From Thraustochytrium aureum (taxonomy: Eukaryota): 64,000 bases of DNA. Of the stretch, positions 48,564 to 60,407 are shown piece by piece (position 1 is the first letter of the stretch; each line of letters starts with the position of its first letter). The notes below the pieces were generated by a model that was not told the origin of the DNA, did no database searches, and saw only the letters and a list, made by a program, of their open reading frames with translations. The stretch is taken from NCBI GenBank assembly GCA_012862495.1, contig BLSG01000198.1, forward strand, positions 64,073 to 128,072. The letters are read 5' to 3'. A program made the position numbers and the translations under genes.

Positions 48564-48904
48564 ATCCGACTGCAGCAGCTCGACCCCGCATCGCCGGTCT
48601 TTCGAGCTCGCTGCAAACAGCCTGCACCCGCACAGTCCGTCAGCAAACCAGGTCAAAGCAGGGCAGGCACACCTGGCACGAGCGCGGCATCACGTCGCTG
48701 GTGCCACGCGGGCCACGCATGTCGTGCGTCCCAACCAACCTACCTCCAAAACATTGTGTCTGTATCGCTTCAGGGACGCAATCGCACGAGGCACCGTCTG
48801 CCGCCGTGCGCCGCGAGTCTGCCTTGCCTGCCTGCCTGCCTGCCTGCCTGTCGTCGCCTGCACGTCCCACTTCTCCAACGGGTCCGAGCGGAACGCTTTT
48901 AAAC

Positions 48905-49256
48905 GCCGACCCAGCATCCTTCACCTTGAAACTATTACTTTGCGAAACGACAACGCCTGTTTGTACACCAACCCAGCCTCTTTCACCTATACATGGCTAC
49001 TCTGCGAAACGATACTGTCCTTGCGCGCACCAACCCAGCCGCTTTCACCTGTGCATAATAACTTTGCGAAACGCACGCCCGCTGCTGCGCGCCAACCCAG
49101 CACTGCGAACCTTGGGGACTACATTTACCGGAACGCGCTTGCGGTACAGCCCAGCCCAGCACTGTGTACCTAAGAGAGCCTCATTACCGGAACCCTTTCT
49201 CTCAATACCCCAGCCCAGTCCTGCATTGCGCAGAAGCACTACTGTGCGGAACGCCG
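48905..49256. repeat. Degenerate tandem array, about 6 units of 59-62 bp
   Basis: CCCAG(C/T) anchors at 48910, 48972, 49034, 49096, 49155 and 49214. Shared blocks CCAACCCAGC, TTCACCT and ACT(T/C)TGCGAAACG / TTACCGGAAC. Confidence 0.8.
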
Positions 49257-49748
49257 AAGCCCGTGCGTGCGGAACGCTTTTGACTGGGCCGCTCTTGCAG
49301 CAGCGCACGAGCAGCAGCAGAGCGCGAACGAGCTGCCTCGCGCACGCAGACAGGCTCGCAGCCATCGCAGGAGAGCGCGTCNNNNNNNNNNNNNNNNNNN
49401 NNNNNNNNNNNNNNNNNNNNNNNNNNNNNNNNNNNNNNNNNNNNNNNNNNNNNNNNNNNNNNNNNNNNNNNNNNNNNNNNNNNNNNNNNNNNNNNNNNNN
49501 NNNNNNNNNNNNNNNNNNNNNNNNNNNNNNNNNNNNNNNNNNNNNNNNNNNNNNNNNNNNNNNNNNNNNNNNNNNNNNNNNNNNNNNNNNNNNNNNNNNN
49601 NNNNNNNNNNNNNNNNNNNNNNNNNNNNNNNNNNNNNNNNNNNNNNNNNNNNNNNNNNNNNNNNNNNNNNNNNNNNNNNNNNNNNNNNNNNNNNNNNNNN
49701 NNNNNNNNNNNNNNNNNNNNNNNNNNNNNNNNNNNNNNNNNNNNNNNN

Positions 49749-51524
49749 AGCGGAAGGAGGACCGCGCGGTAGAGGATGATCAAGTAAAGCAGGACGCCGC
49801 TGCCACGGCAGAGGGTAAACGCGGCAAGGCGAAGAAGAAGCGCTCGTCCGAACAGGTCGTCGCGAAGAGTTCTACGAAGAAGGCCAAACGCGAGGTCGCG
49901 GAGCCAGCAATTGAGAATGAGCAAGTAGAAGACGAGGCCGAAGAGGCCACCGAAGAGGCCACGGAGAACGGCCGCAAGGGCGAGAGAAAGGCCAAGGTCG
50001 AAGCGCCGCTCGAACACGACGAAGATGGCTCCAAGAAAGGGTTCTTCTCGGACGTAACGTTCGATTCGCTCGAGCTCTCGGACAACACCCGGAAAGCGCT
50101 GGCCGAGGCCGGGTTTGAGAAACTGACCCAGATCCAGGCCAAAGCCATCCCGCCCCTTCTCCAAGGCTGCGACTTGATCGGCGCTGCCAAAACCGGGTCA
50201 GGGAAAACCCTGGCGTTCATCGTTCCGGCCGTCGAGCTCCTGGCCCGCGTCCAGTTCAAGGCGCGCAACGGGACCGGTGTTGTGGTGATCAGCCCAACGC
50301 GAGAGCTGGCTCTCCAAATCTACGGCGTTGTGCTCGAGGTGTGCAAATACCACTCGCAATCGCACGGGATCGTGATTGGGGGCGCCAACCGGCGCGTCGA
50401 GGCAGAACGGCTGCAAAAGGGCGTCAACCTCCTGGTGTCCACACCAGGGCGCCTGCTCGACCACCTGCGCAACACCAAGGGGTTCCACTTCAAAAACCTG
50501 CAGTGCCTCGTGATTGACGAGGCTGACCGCATCCTGGAGATCGGGTTCGAAGAGGACATGCACCAGATCATCAAGCTTCTCCCGTCGGAGCGCCAGACGC
50601 TTCTGTTCTCCGCCACGCAAACGAAAAACGTCGAGGACCTCGTGCGCCTCTCCATCAAAGGGAAGCCAGTATTCGTCAGCGTGCACAGCCAGGAGTCTGA
50701 GGCCACCGCGGCAGGGCTCGAGCAGGGCTACGTGGTGTGCCCGAGCGAGCTCCGTTTTCTGCTCCTGTACACCTTCTTGCGCAAGAACAAGAAGAAGAAG
50801 ATCATGGTCTTCTTCTCCTCTTGCAATTCGGTCAAGTACCACTCGGAGCTCCTCAACTTTGTCGACCTCCCAGTCAAGGACATCCACGGTCGCCAAAAGC
50901 AGCAGAAGCGTACCACGACGTTCTTCGAGTTTTGCAACGCGACAACGGGGACGCTTTTGTGCACAGACGTCGCAGCCCGCGGCCTGGACATCCCCAACGT
51001 GGACTGGATCATCCAGTTCGACCCGCCTGACGACCCGAAGGAGTACATCCACCGCGTGGGTCGCGCTGCGCGCGGGGCCAAGGGGACTGGGCGCTGCGCT
51101 CTTGTTTCTGATTCCGTCCGAGCTCAAGTTCCTTCAGTACCTGCGCAAGGCCAAAGTGACCGTCAACGAGTACGAGTTCCCCACCAAGAAGATCGCCAAC
51201 GTGCAGACGCAGATGGAGGACCTCGTGCAGAAGAACTACTACCTGAACCGCTCTGCGAAGGACGCGTACCGCAGCTACCTGATGGCCTACTCGTCGCACT
51301 CGCACAAGGACATCTTTGACATCCACAACCTCGACCTGCAGGCGGCGGCCAGGGCGTTCGGCTTCTCCGTGCCGCCCTCGGTCAACCTCAACATCAAGAC
51401 GACAGGTCGCAAAGCCCGCGACCGCGACGCCAAGCACGACCGCCTTTCCACGGGCCACACCTTCTCCGCGAGCAACCCGTACGGCAAGCGCGACCCCAAG
51501 GACAAGCGCCAGTTCTCCCACTAG
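49749..51524 (+). CDS. HAS1: DEAD-box RNA helicase HAS1/DDX18; 5' end in a gap, frameshift near 51095
   Basis: [40 protein letters not shown] and [17 protein letters not shown]. Confidence 0.95.
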
Positions 51525-52353
51525 CGCTCTGCGGCCACGCGTCTCCGATGTACCCGCGCCCGCGCGTCGCGGACTGACACACCTCCAAAACCACTGCCAG
51601 CCATCTTGTCATCCAGCACCCCAGCCACCTTTCTACCTACCTACATACATACTTGCCGCCGTCTCGGCCGCTCCCGCTCGCAGGACGCGCCAGTGACGGG
51701 CAGGTTGCAGGGCAGTCTGCCGTGCTTGCTGGCTGGCGCGCAGGGCTGTGCGTGCGCTTGCTGGCGCGCGGCCTGCGCCGTCGTCGGCATTTGACCGGTA
51801 CATCGGGCCAAATCCGGCAGAGATNNNNNNNNNNNNNNNNNNNNNNNNNNNNNNNNNNNNNNNNNNNNNNNNNNNNNNNNNNNNNNNNNNNNNNNNNNNN
51901 NNNNNNNNNNNNNNNNNNNNNNNNNNNNNNNNNNNNNNNNNNNNNNNNNNNNNNNNNNNNNNNNNNNNNNNNNNNNNNNNNNNNNNNNNNNNNNNNNNNN
52001 NNNNNNNNNNNNNNNNNNNNNNNNNNNNNNNNNNNNNNNNNNNNNNNNNNNGGCAGGCAGGCAGCAACTCGCAGACGACCTGGCTCGAGCAGGCAAGGCG
52101 TTCCAACCAAGTTTCATCTGGGTGTCGATCTGCTGCAGTGCGTTGTTCGGTGGTGGCCGAGGCTGAGGCCTGGCGAAGGCCGTCGCCGTGAGCTTCGCCG
52201 CCAAATCTTCGCTCGTTCCTTCGCGTGTTGGGACGCCGACACCGCCAGCAATTGCGCTTGCTCGCAGGCGGCGGCGCGAGGCGAGAACGGGGTGGCGACA
52301 GCGGCAGAACAAGAACTAGCTCGAGACCGCCCCGCCCCAGAAAGTGACGAGAC

Positions 52354-55300
52354 ATGGGACTCGGACGCAACGCCGCCGCACTCTGCACTGCCCTCCTCGC
52401 CCTGTGCTGCGCAAGACAGGCACACGCAGAGGAAGAGGCGCAGCAGAAGCGCCAGCATGTGGCTGTGATTGGCGCAGGGTACGCCGGCCTGGCGGCGGCC
52501 TGCGAGCTGAGCTTGCAGGGGTTCCAAGTTACCGTATACGAGGCGAACGACTTTGTCGGTGGGCGAGCCCATACCTACACGACGCCTGAAGGGTTTACCT
52601 TTGACGCAGGGCCGAGCTGGTACTGGATGCCCGAGGTATTCGAGCGCTTCTTCGCGCGATACGGCCGCACGCCCGACGAGTACTACACCCTCTCGCGTCT
52701 CGACCCAGCGTACCGAATCGTACTCCCACGAGGCGACGAGCCGGTCGACGTGCCAGGGACTTGGGAAGGCTTTCTGGAATGGGCGCACCTCCGCGATCCT
52801 GAGCGCGCAGCCGCCCTTGACGTCATGTTTGAGGAGGCCCGCCGCAAGTACGAGAAGGGCATCTTTGAATGGATCTGGAAGCCGATGCTCAACGTGGCTG
52901 AGCTCGCAGATGTCGCTCTCATGCGCGCGGGGATCGAGTACGACATGTTTGGCGGATTCGAGGCGCACCTGCGCAAGTACGTGCGTGATCCACTGCTTCT
53001 CACGCCCTAAAGTGGCCGGTTATTTTCCTCGGCGCTTCTCCGGCGCAAGCCCCTGCGCTCTACTCGCTCATGACTTTTGCCGGCCACGCGCTTGGCACGT
53101 GGTACCCGTCGGGAGGTATGGACAGCCCTGCGCGGGCCATGGGGAAAGCTCGCTGGGGAACTCGGCGCGAAGTTCAACCTCGGGGCCGCCGTTTCCGCAA
53201 TCAGGTTTGACGGGGTGGACACCCGACGAGCTACCGCAATTTGCGTTTCTGAACCAGGTGGCGCAGAGCGCTGCGACGCCGTGGACGGCATCGTGGCGGC
53301 TGCGGACTATCATTTCGTTGAACAGACGCTGCTTCCGATCGAGCTGCGTCGCTATGGGCCCGAGTACTGGGACAGCCAGGTGCTCTCTCCTTCCTGCCTG
53401 CTGTTCTACCTCGGATTGAACCGGCCGGTCAGGGGCCTGCGCCACCATACCTTCTTTTTCGACGTGGACCTTGACGAGCACCTTCGCGCCGCCTTCATCG
53501 ACCACGTCCCTGCAGAGCAACCCACGTTTTACGTTTCTGCGACGAGCAAAACGGACCGGTCCGTGACGCCGGACGGAGCCGGCGAGGCCCTCTTCATCTT
53601 GGTTCCCATCTCCTACAAACTGAACGGGACAGACACCGCGCCCGGTTCGGCGGGCCGTGCTGGACCTGGTTCTGCGTCGGATGGAGCGCTCTCTTGCTGT
53701 TTCGGACTTGCGAAGAGCCATCGTCTACGAGCGGCACTACGGGCCGGGCGACTTTGAGCGCGACTTTCACGCATTCCGGGGGAACGCCTTTGGGCACGCC
53801 AACTTGCTCTCGCAGTCGCTCGTGCTCAAGCCCTCAATGGACTCGCTGGCCACCAACCTGGTTTTTGCCGGCCAACCTCACCAACCGGGGCCCGGCGTGC
53901 CGCCTGCTATCGTGTCGGGAACAGTCGCCGCGCAGCTTCTGCAGAGCAAAATGGCCGCAGAAGAGCCTAGCTCGTGGTTTACTTGGGGCGCCGCGGCGCG
54001 CTTGGCGCTGTTTGCGCACGGCCTCATCGCGCTCTGGATTCTTCTGTCAGAGCGGCGCAAATCCTATGCGCTGTGCGTCAAGCTCTTGTTCGAGAACGGC
54101 CGCACTTACTTTGCGGCTGCCACGCTCATGAACCAACAGCGCTTCCTGGACACCGCAGCTATGTACGGTTTGTTCCGCATCGCTGACGACTTGGTCGACA
54201 ATGAAGACTCGCCGATGGAGCGCCACGCCAACCTAGAAAAGTTTATCGCCTCGTTCTGGGAGTGCTGGAGGCGCGGCGAGGGGGACTATACGCTCCACCC
54301 TGCCTTGCCCGCAATCATCGAGACATCTCGCCGGCACGCGTACCCGCGCGACCTATTCGAGCGTTTCTTCCGGTCCATGCGCATGGACGTCGGCAATAAA
54401 ACATGCGCGACACTTGGGGATACAATGGACTACATGGAGGGGAGTGCAGCGGTCATCGGCGAGTTCATGCTCCCCGTCCTTATGCCACGCGCCACAGAGG
54501 ACGAGATGCAGGCTGCGATGGGCCATGCGCGGGATCTAGGCCTCGCTTTTCAGCTGACCAACATGATTCGGGACGTCGACGAGGACCTTGACCTCGGTCG
54601 CCAGTACGTCCCGACAGAGACCTGCGCGCGACATGGCGTCGACCTGGGCTTGCGGGACGCCTCCCAGAGCGGGTTTGCGGACCTCATGGAGGAGATGTTT
54701 CGCCACGCGGACGCGTTTTACGCCTCTGCAGACATCGGCATCGAGCTTTTGCCGGCAGACGTTCGGGATGTCATTCGAGTGGCCCGCATCGCCTACCATC
54801 GCATCCATGACAAGATCCGGGCGGCCAAGTACGACATTTTCGCCTCGCGCGCAAGTGTGCCGTTTCGCGAGAAGCTATTCATCCTCCTTGCGACTGTGCC
54901 CAAGCTCAAGCTAGCGCGCATACTCGTCGTCGAGGCGTACGCGCGGGTGCTTCACGCTCTCACCCGCGCCCCCGTGCTGCTTCTTCTCTTTGGCCTTTTG
55001 GCAACGTCGTCTCTCGCCGCGCCAAGGGTTTTTGGGGTGTACGTACGCCCAGTTCCATCTGCTGTTCGTGCTTGGCCCGCTCGCCTCGCTTTTGCTTCTC
55101 GCCCGGGTCCAGGTTTTGGATAGAACGCCGCAGCAGGAGGCGCACGCTCGCCACGCGGCGGCTTGGACAGCACTGCTTTGCCTTGTTGCGACATTGTATA
55201 CCACGCCATGGGACAATTACCTCGTCGCATCTGGGGTCTGGGGCTACCCACCGGAGCGAGTTGCGGCCACAATCGGCTACGTCCCGGTTGAGGAGTACGC

Positions 55301-56689
55301 CTTTTTCACTCTCGAGACCTTGCTTACCGGGGCGCTCTGGCTCACGTGTTTTCCAAATGCGCAGACGCTGCACCTTTCGACGCACAAGGTGCCGCCTGCA
55401 GCGGCGGCTGTTCGAGCTGTTGGCATCGCTGTTGGTCTGGGCACTTGGGCGTCTGGCGTCCTGATGGTCTCGGCCGGCGGCAACACGCTGTACTTGGGGT
55501 TGATCCTAGTTTGGGCGTTTCCTGTGCTCGTCTTCCAGTGGTGGTTCGGCTCGGGGGTGCTCATCGTGCATCGGAGCCCGTTGGTAGCCTGCATCGCCGC
55601 CTCGGCGGCGTACCTTTGCCTGGCAGACCAATGGGCTATCAGGCACGGCATCTGGCATATCTCATCCGCTTTCACCTTGCCGCAAGTCGTCTTCCCCGAC
55701 CTTCCGATCGAGGAAGCCACCTTTTTCTTGGTCACCGCCTGCATGTGCTCCTTCGGACTCACCTTGGCTATGGTCGTGAGCAAGCACCACGCTTCTCGGT
55801 CAGGTAGCCTTGCTGATTCCCTTCGTACGGTTCACCGCTTCGGCCTGGCCCATGCCGCAAGAGTGGACGCGCCGAGGCCAGCGCCGACCATCACGCGAGT
55901 GCGACCGCGTGACCCGATGCGCCAGGCAGTGGCTGCGTCGTGTGCCGTCCTTGGCTTGGCGACCGCCTCGCTTTCGCTCCTCCTTCCTAGGCATACGATG
56001 CGCCAGGCGTGAGAGCCGCTCCGCTCGTCGCCCTGCTCGTCGGCGCTGTCGTGTTCGTGCTGGAGGGTGCCTCCAGCTCAATCCGGAAGGCGGCGTGGGC
56101 CTGTGGAGCGTGCGTATCAGCAGTCGCGCACGCCGTACTTGGCGTTGCCACGGCACAGCCAGTCACTCTCGTTGTTGTTGCAGTGTTGTGCGGTTTGGAC
56201 ACCTTTGGCGTCGAGCCGGCTGGTCGCTCGCGGTTTGCTCTTGTGGCCAAGAAGTCCGCGCTCGCTGTGCCACTCGCTCTTCATCCTGGCGCATTGGCTA
56301 CTTTCATGGGCGGGGTGGCATCACCATGGGTTACATTTGAGGTTCTGCGGCTGTGCACCGCGACGTTTTGGGTCCATGTCGTGAGCCTCGCACTCCTTGC
56401 GTTGGGCCGACTGCTTGGGCGGACAAATCCTGGGCTCGACGCTGTGGATTTCTTTCAGATTGCAGCGGCAGACGCGATGGCGTGCCTTTTGCACCCCTCG
56501 CTTTCATTCTCTGCTTTCCTGGTATTGTTTCATGTGGTTGAGGGCGCGTTGGGGAGGGCTCTGGCGCGCCGAGGCGGGTCGCCGCAGGGCGCTGTCGTTC
56601 CGGCGAGCAACTCCAGCGCACATCGCAAGTCCTCCCTGGAGCAATTGCGTATCGCTCTGCTCAAGCCGTCCCTGGACAAGCAGGTTTGA
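52354..56689 (+). CDS. crtIBY: Multifunctional beta-carotene synthase: CrtI phytoene desaturase + CrtB phytoene synthase + CrtYc/d lycopene cyclase + extra membrane tail; several indels
   Basis: CrtI: VIGAGYAG, FDAGPSWYWMPEVFERFF, PGPGVPPAIVSG. CrtB: FRIADDLVD, AFQLTNMIRDVDED. CrtYc/d: YTTPWDNYLVASGVWGY, VPVEEYAFF, LPIEEATFFLVT. The CrtI C-terminus and CrtB share one open frame (53657-55123). Confidence 0.93.
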
Positions 56690-56977
56690 GGCTGCGCATG
56701 ACGCAGGGCCCGAGGGTTCATGTGCCATGTGTGTCAGGTTCGTTTTGGACTGTTCTGGTCTTGCAATGCAAGCGACAAGCGCTGCAAGTGCTTGGCTACG
56801 CGTGGACGTGCGCGTATGAGTAGTAGTACTAGTAGTTTCCAGTAGCTTTAACAAGAGTACAGGGCTAGGTAGGTTGACAACTACTGACAAGGATAGATCG
56901 CGGCCCCCAGACGCTGTGCCTCGCCTTCAGCAGGCGCGCTGCAATCGGGGTCTCGTGGCCGGCCTGACGCTGGGCTG

Positions 56978-58517
56978 TCACTCCACCATTTCCGCCCCGC
57001 CGGGCGCTTCGGCAGGCACCACATCGGGACCTGACACATGGGAGCCGAGAATTGCCGGCCGCGTTGCCGTAAGCTGCTCTGCAAGGAGCCGCGCTGAATA
57101 CGGGCTCAACGAGAGGCACTCGATGGGCACGTTGCCCGTGATCCGTTGCCAATTGGTCCGCTCAATGACCTTGGCCAAGCCGGACTCCGCCTCCCAGTTT
57201 CCAACCATGCCAAGCCCGAACAGCTCCTGCAAGTCACCCCCGCTCGCTGAGCGCTGAACGTGCCCGATGCGCGGTATGATCATGTTTGCGTTGGCGCCTG
57301 GATCGAAAGAGGACGACCTGCTTCGCGGGAGGTCAGCAGACCCGGCGCTGCTGAACGACTTGAGCCGCGCAAAGCTGCTCGCCGTCACCCTCGAAAAGGA
57401 GGCCGCGCCGCTCAAGTGCGGCGGGATGTCGAGCCCCTCGAGCCGCGCCGCTCGCAGGGCAACATCTGCTTGGAGTCCGAGCGGCCGGGGCGCAGTAGTT
57501 GCGTGGGAGCCCCACTCGGCCTCAGGCGCTCCCGTGGGGTGCGCGTCGCCTGTCTGGCGCCGACCAAACCCCACAAAAGCTGCGGCATGCGGCTCTCCGG
57601 CAGCCCCCAGCGCGCCGTACCAAGGCGCGAGGTCCTTACTCTCGCTCCCGCCGTCTAAGGAGGACGTGCTAGACGACGAGGACGTCATGGAAGAGTACAT
57701 TCGCAAGGGGCTGTCCCGAGCACCGTCTGCCAAGCCCGGTCGCGACTGCGAAGCTCTCGACGAGAGGCTCGACGCAGAGCCCGAGTGCTGCAAGTGGCCG
57801 AGGAGCCTCGCGCCGGGCGCTTCCGTCGCTGCGGTCTCCGCCACCGGGACGAGCGGCTGGGCCTCCTCTAGGTCGGCAGACGAGATGGGCTCCTGAGAAT
57901 CGGTGACCAGGGACAGCAGGCAGGCTTGCCATTCGCGCAGTGTTGCGTCCGAGTCCTCGCACGGATAGAGCATGACGACGCGCTTGCGCATCCGAATCTC
58001 CAGCACGTGCTGGCGCGGGACCCCCCTAGGGCTCGTGCGAATAGAAAAGCTGGACAGGCGCGCCTTGGCGAGATCGATCACGCCCTGGCTGTTGCCGTCC
58101 ATGCTATTCTTGTAGAGAACGAGCTCTTTGCTCGAGAGTATGACGCAGAAGCGCTTTTTCCATACGGCCAACTTGCCCCCAGAGTGCTTCATCATCCAGC
58201 ACTTGGCGAGGACCCGCGCCGACTCTGTGCGGCGCTTTTTGTCGACGACTTCCTCGGCGTGGCACATCTCCAAGTATGCCATAATGTGCGATGTGCAAAC
58301 GCGGCGCTGCCCCTCGGTGCGTGCCCCCAGAGTGATGGCGCTTGGAAAGACAACCTTGCGCCAGAAGGAAGGAAGGAACGCAGATGTGCGCTCATAGGGG
58401 AACGCCGGGACCTGTTTGACCTTCTCGCCGGAAATCGTGAACGGGAAGAACGCCTGCTCGCTCAAACTCTTTGTACTGCTAATGCGGCCACGGCCCTTGC
58501 CCAACGGGCTCTGCACG
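56978..58517 (-). CDS. PH-domain protein, 5' part in a gap
   Basis: KCWMMKHSGGKLAVWKKRFCVIL...LVLYK...GVIDL...REWQACL followed by a Ser-rich low-complexity region. Confidence 0.75.
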
Positions 58518-60407
58518 NNNNNNNNNNNNNNNNNNNNNNNNNNNNNNNNNNNNNNNNNNNNNNNNNNNNNNNNNNNNNNNNNNNNNNNNNNNNNNNNNNN
58601 NNNNNNNNNNNNNNNNNNNNNNNNNNNNNNNNNNNNNNNNNNNNNNNNNNNNNNNNNNNNNNNNNNNNNNNNNNNNNNNNNNNNNNNNNNNNNNNNNNNN
58701 NNNNNNNNNNNNNNNNNNNNNNNNNNNNNNNNNNNNNNNNNNNNNNNNNNNNNNNNNNNNNNNNNNNNNNNNNNNNNNNNNNNNNNNNNNNNNNNNNNNN
58801 NNNNNNNNNNNNNNNNNNNNNNNNNNNNNNNNNNNNNNNNNNNNNNNNNNNNNNNNNNNNNNNNNNNNNNNNNNNNNNNNNNNNNNNNNNNNNNNNNNNN
58901 NNNNNNNNNNNNNNNNNNNNNNNNNNNNNNNNNNNNNNNNNNNNNNNNNNNNNNNNNNNNNNNNNNNNNNNNNNNNNNNNNNNNNNNNNNNNNNNNNNNN
59001 NNNNNNNNNNNNNNNNNNNNNNNNNNNNNNNNNNNNNNNNNNNNNNNNNNNNNNNNNNNNNNNNNNNNNNNNNNNNNNNNNNNNNNNNNNNNNNNNNNNN
59101 NNNNNNNNNNNNNNNNNNNNNNNNNNNNNNNNNNNNNNNNNNNNNNNNNNNNNNNNNNNNNNNNNNNNNNNNNNNNNNNNNNNNNNNNNNNNNNNNNNNN
59201 NNNNNNNNNNNNNNNNNNNNNNNNNNNNNNNNNNNNNNNNNNNNNNNNNNNNNNNNNNNNNNNNNNNNNNNNNNNNNNNNNNNNNNNNNNNNNNNNNNNN
59301 NNNNNNNNNNNNNNNNNNNNNNNNNNNNNNNNNNNNNNNNNNNNNNNNNNNNNNNNNNNNNNNNNNNNNNNNNNNNNNNNNNNNNNNNNNNNNNNNNNNN
59401 NNNNNNNNNNNNNNNNGGCGGTGGCCTGCGAGCAGTAGGAGCACCAGCACGAGGAGATGCTGCTAAAAACCGAGCAGAAGCCGTGGCGTGATGCCCCCCG
59501 GCCGGCGAAGCCAGCCAGCCGCGAGGCAGGCTCGGAGCGGTGAACGATGATGCTCTGCCCCGCCCGAGCCGCACGCTGCTCTTCTCCAGAAGGCCGCGCC
59601 TCCTCGCGCGCCGCCGCCGCAGCCTTCGCGTGTGGGACTGGCAACGTCTCCTTTTTGATTGATTGAACACGCGCAGAAAAACAATGTGCGAAGGCGACGG
59701 CGAACTGACGAGTCCTCGAGCTCGCTGTTGTCACGACTCGGCCGCGCCCCGCGAAGCCGAGAGCGTATTGCTTGCCGTGGATGCCGTCGGTTGGATTGGC
59801 CCGCTCGTCTCGATGCGCTGGAAATGGGTCTCTCTTGCTAGAGCTGGAGAGCGAGTGGACGCGCTGGAGTTGGGTTGAGCACTCTTACTTACTCCACTGC
59901 ATGTAGGCCTGTGTAGTTCATGTCGCCAAACGCGCGAGTGATGTCGCGCAGGTTGCTCTTGTGATGACTCGGCCGCGCCAGATGCCGCGCAACCATGTGC
60001 GCATTGCTTGCCGTCGATTGGATTGGTCTTCTCGTCGTCTGGATGCACGGGACCTCTAGAGATGGGACTCATCCAATGTCGTGACTGCTTCGGCGAGCGC
60101 GACGCCGAGGCTTCACGTTCGGCCGTGCCGCGGGCGGTGATGCTGACGACGCTCGTGGAAATGGCATTGGTGGCGATGCTGCCGTCTACAGGTTGGAAAA
60201 TGGTGCGTCTGGCGGCGAGGAAAGACAGACCTCTGTTCTGCAAACAAACGAGAGCCGCGTTCGAGACAAGGCGTGGCGCAAGAGCGTTTGCCGTCGATGA
60301 CGCGTACAGAAGCCAAACGACTTTCTTTACTTTTGCAAGGAGGAACTCGCTCTAGCGACCGCGGAGCAGAGGCGCTTCGCGCCGAAAGGGATCTCGATTC
60401 CAGGTTG

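Noticed and set aside
48905..49256. CRISPR array
   Set aside because: The repeats are not identical, are split into three short blocks, have no cas genes nearby, and sit in a eukaryotic context. Kept as an unexplained periodic array.
48701..49381. N-terminal extension of HAS1 implied by ORF 48701-51319
   Set aside because: The ORF is joined only through Ns and this part covers the non-triplet repeat array.
4942..56689. Pseudogenes or programmed frameshifting in GBF1, MCM4, MMUT, HAS1 and crtIBY
   Set aside because: Frame breaks occur even in essential genes with intact motifs on both sides and no common slippery site; sequencing error is the simpler explanation.
23755..56689. Lipid/carotenoid metabolic gene cluster (MMUT, ACAD11, CLN5, crtIBY)
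   Set aside because: The genes are widely interspersed with unrelated housekeeping genes, and no crtE, ketolase, hydroxylase or rhodopsin gene is visible near crtIBY.
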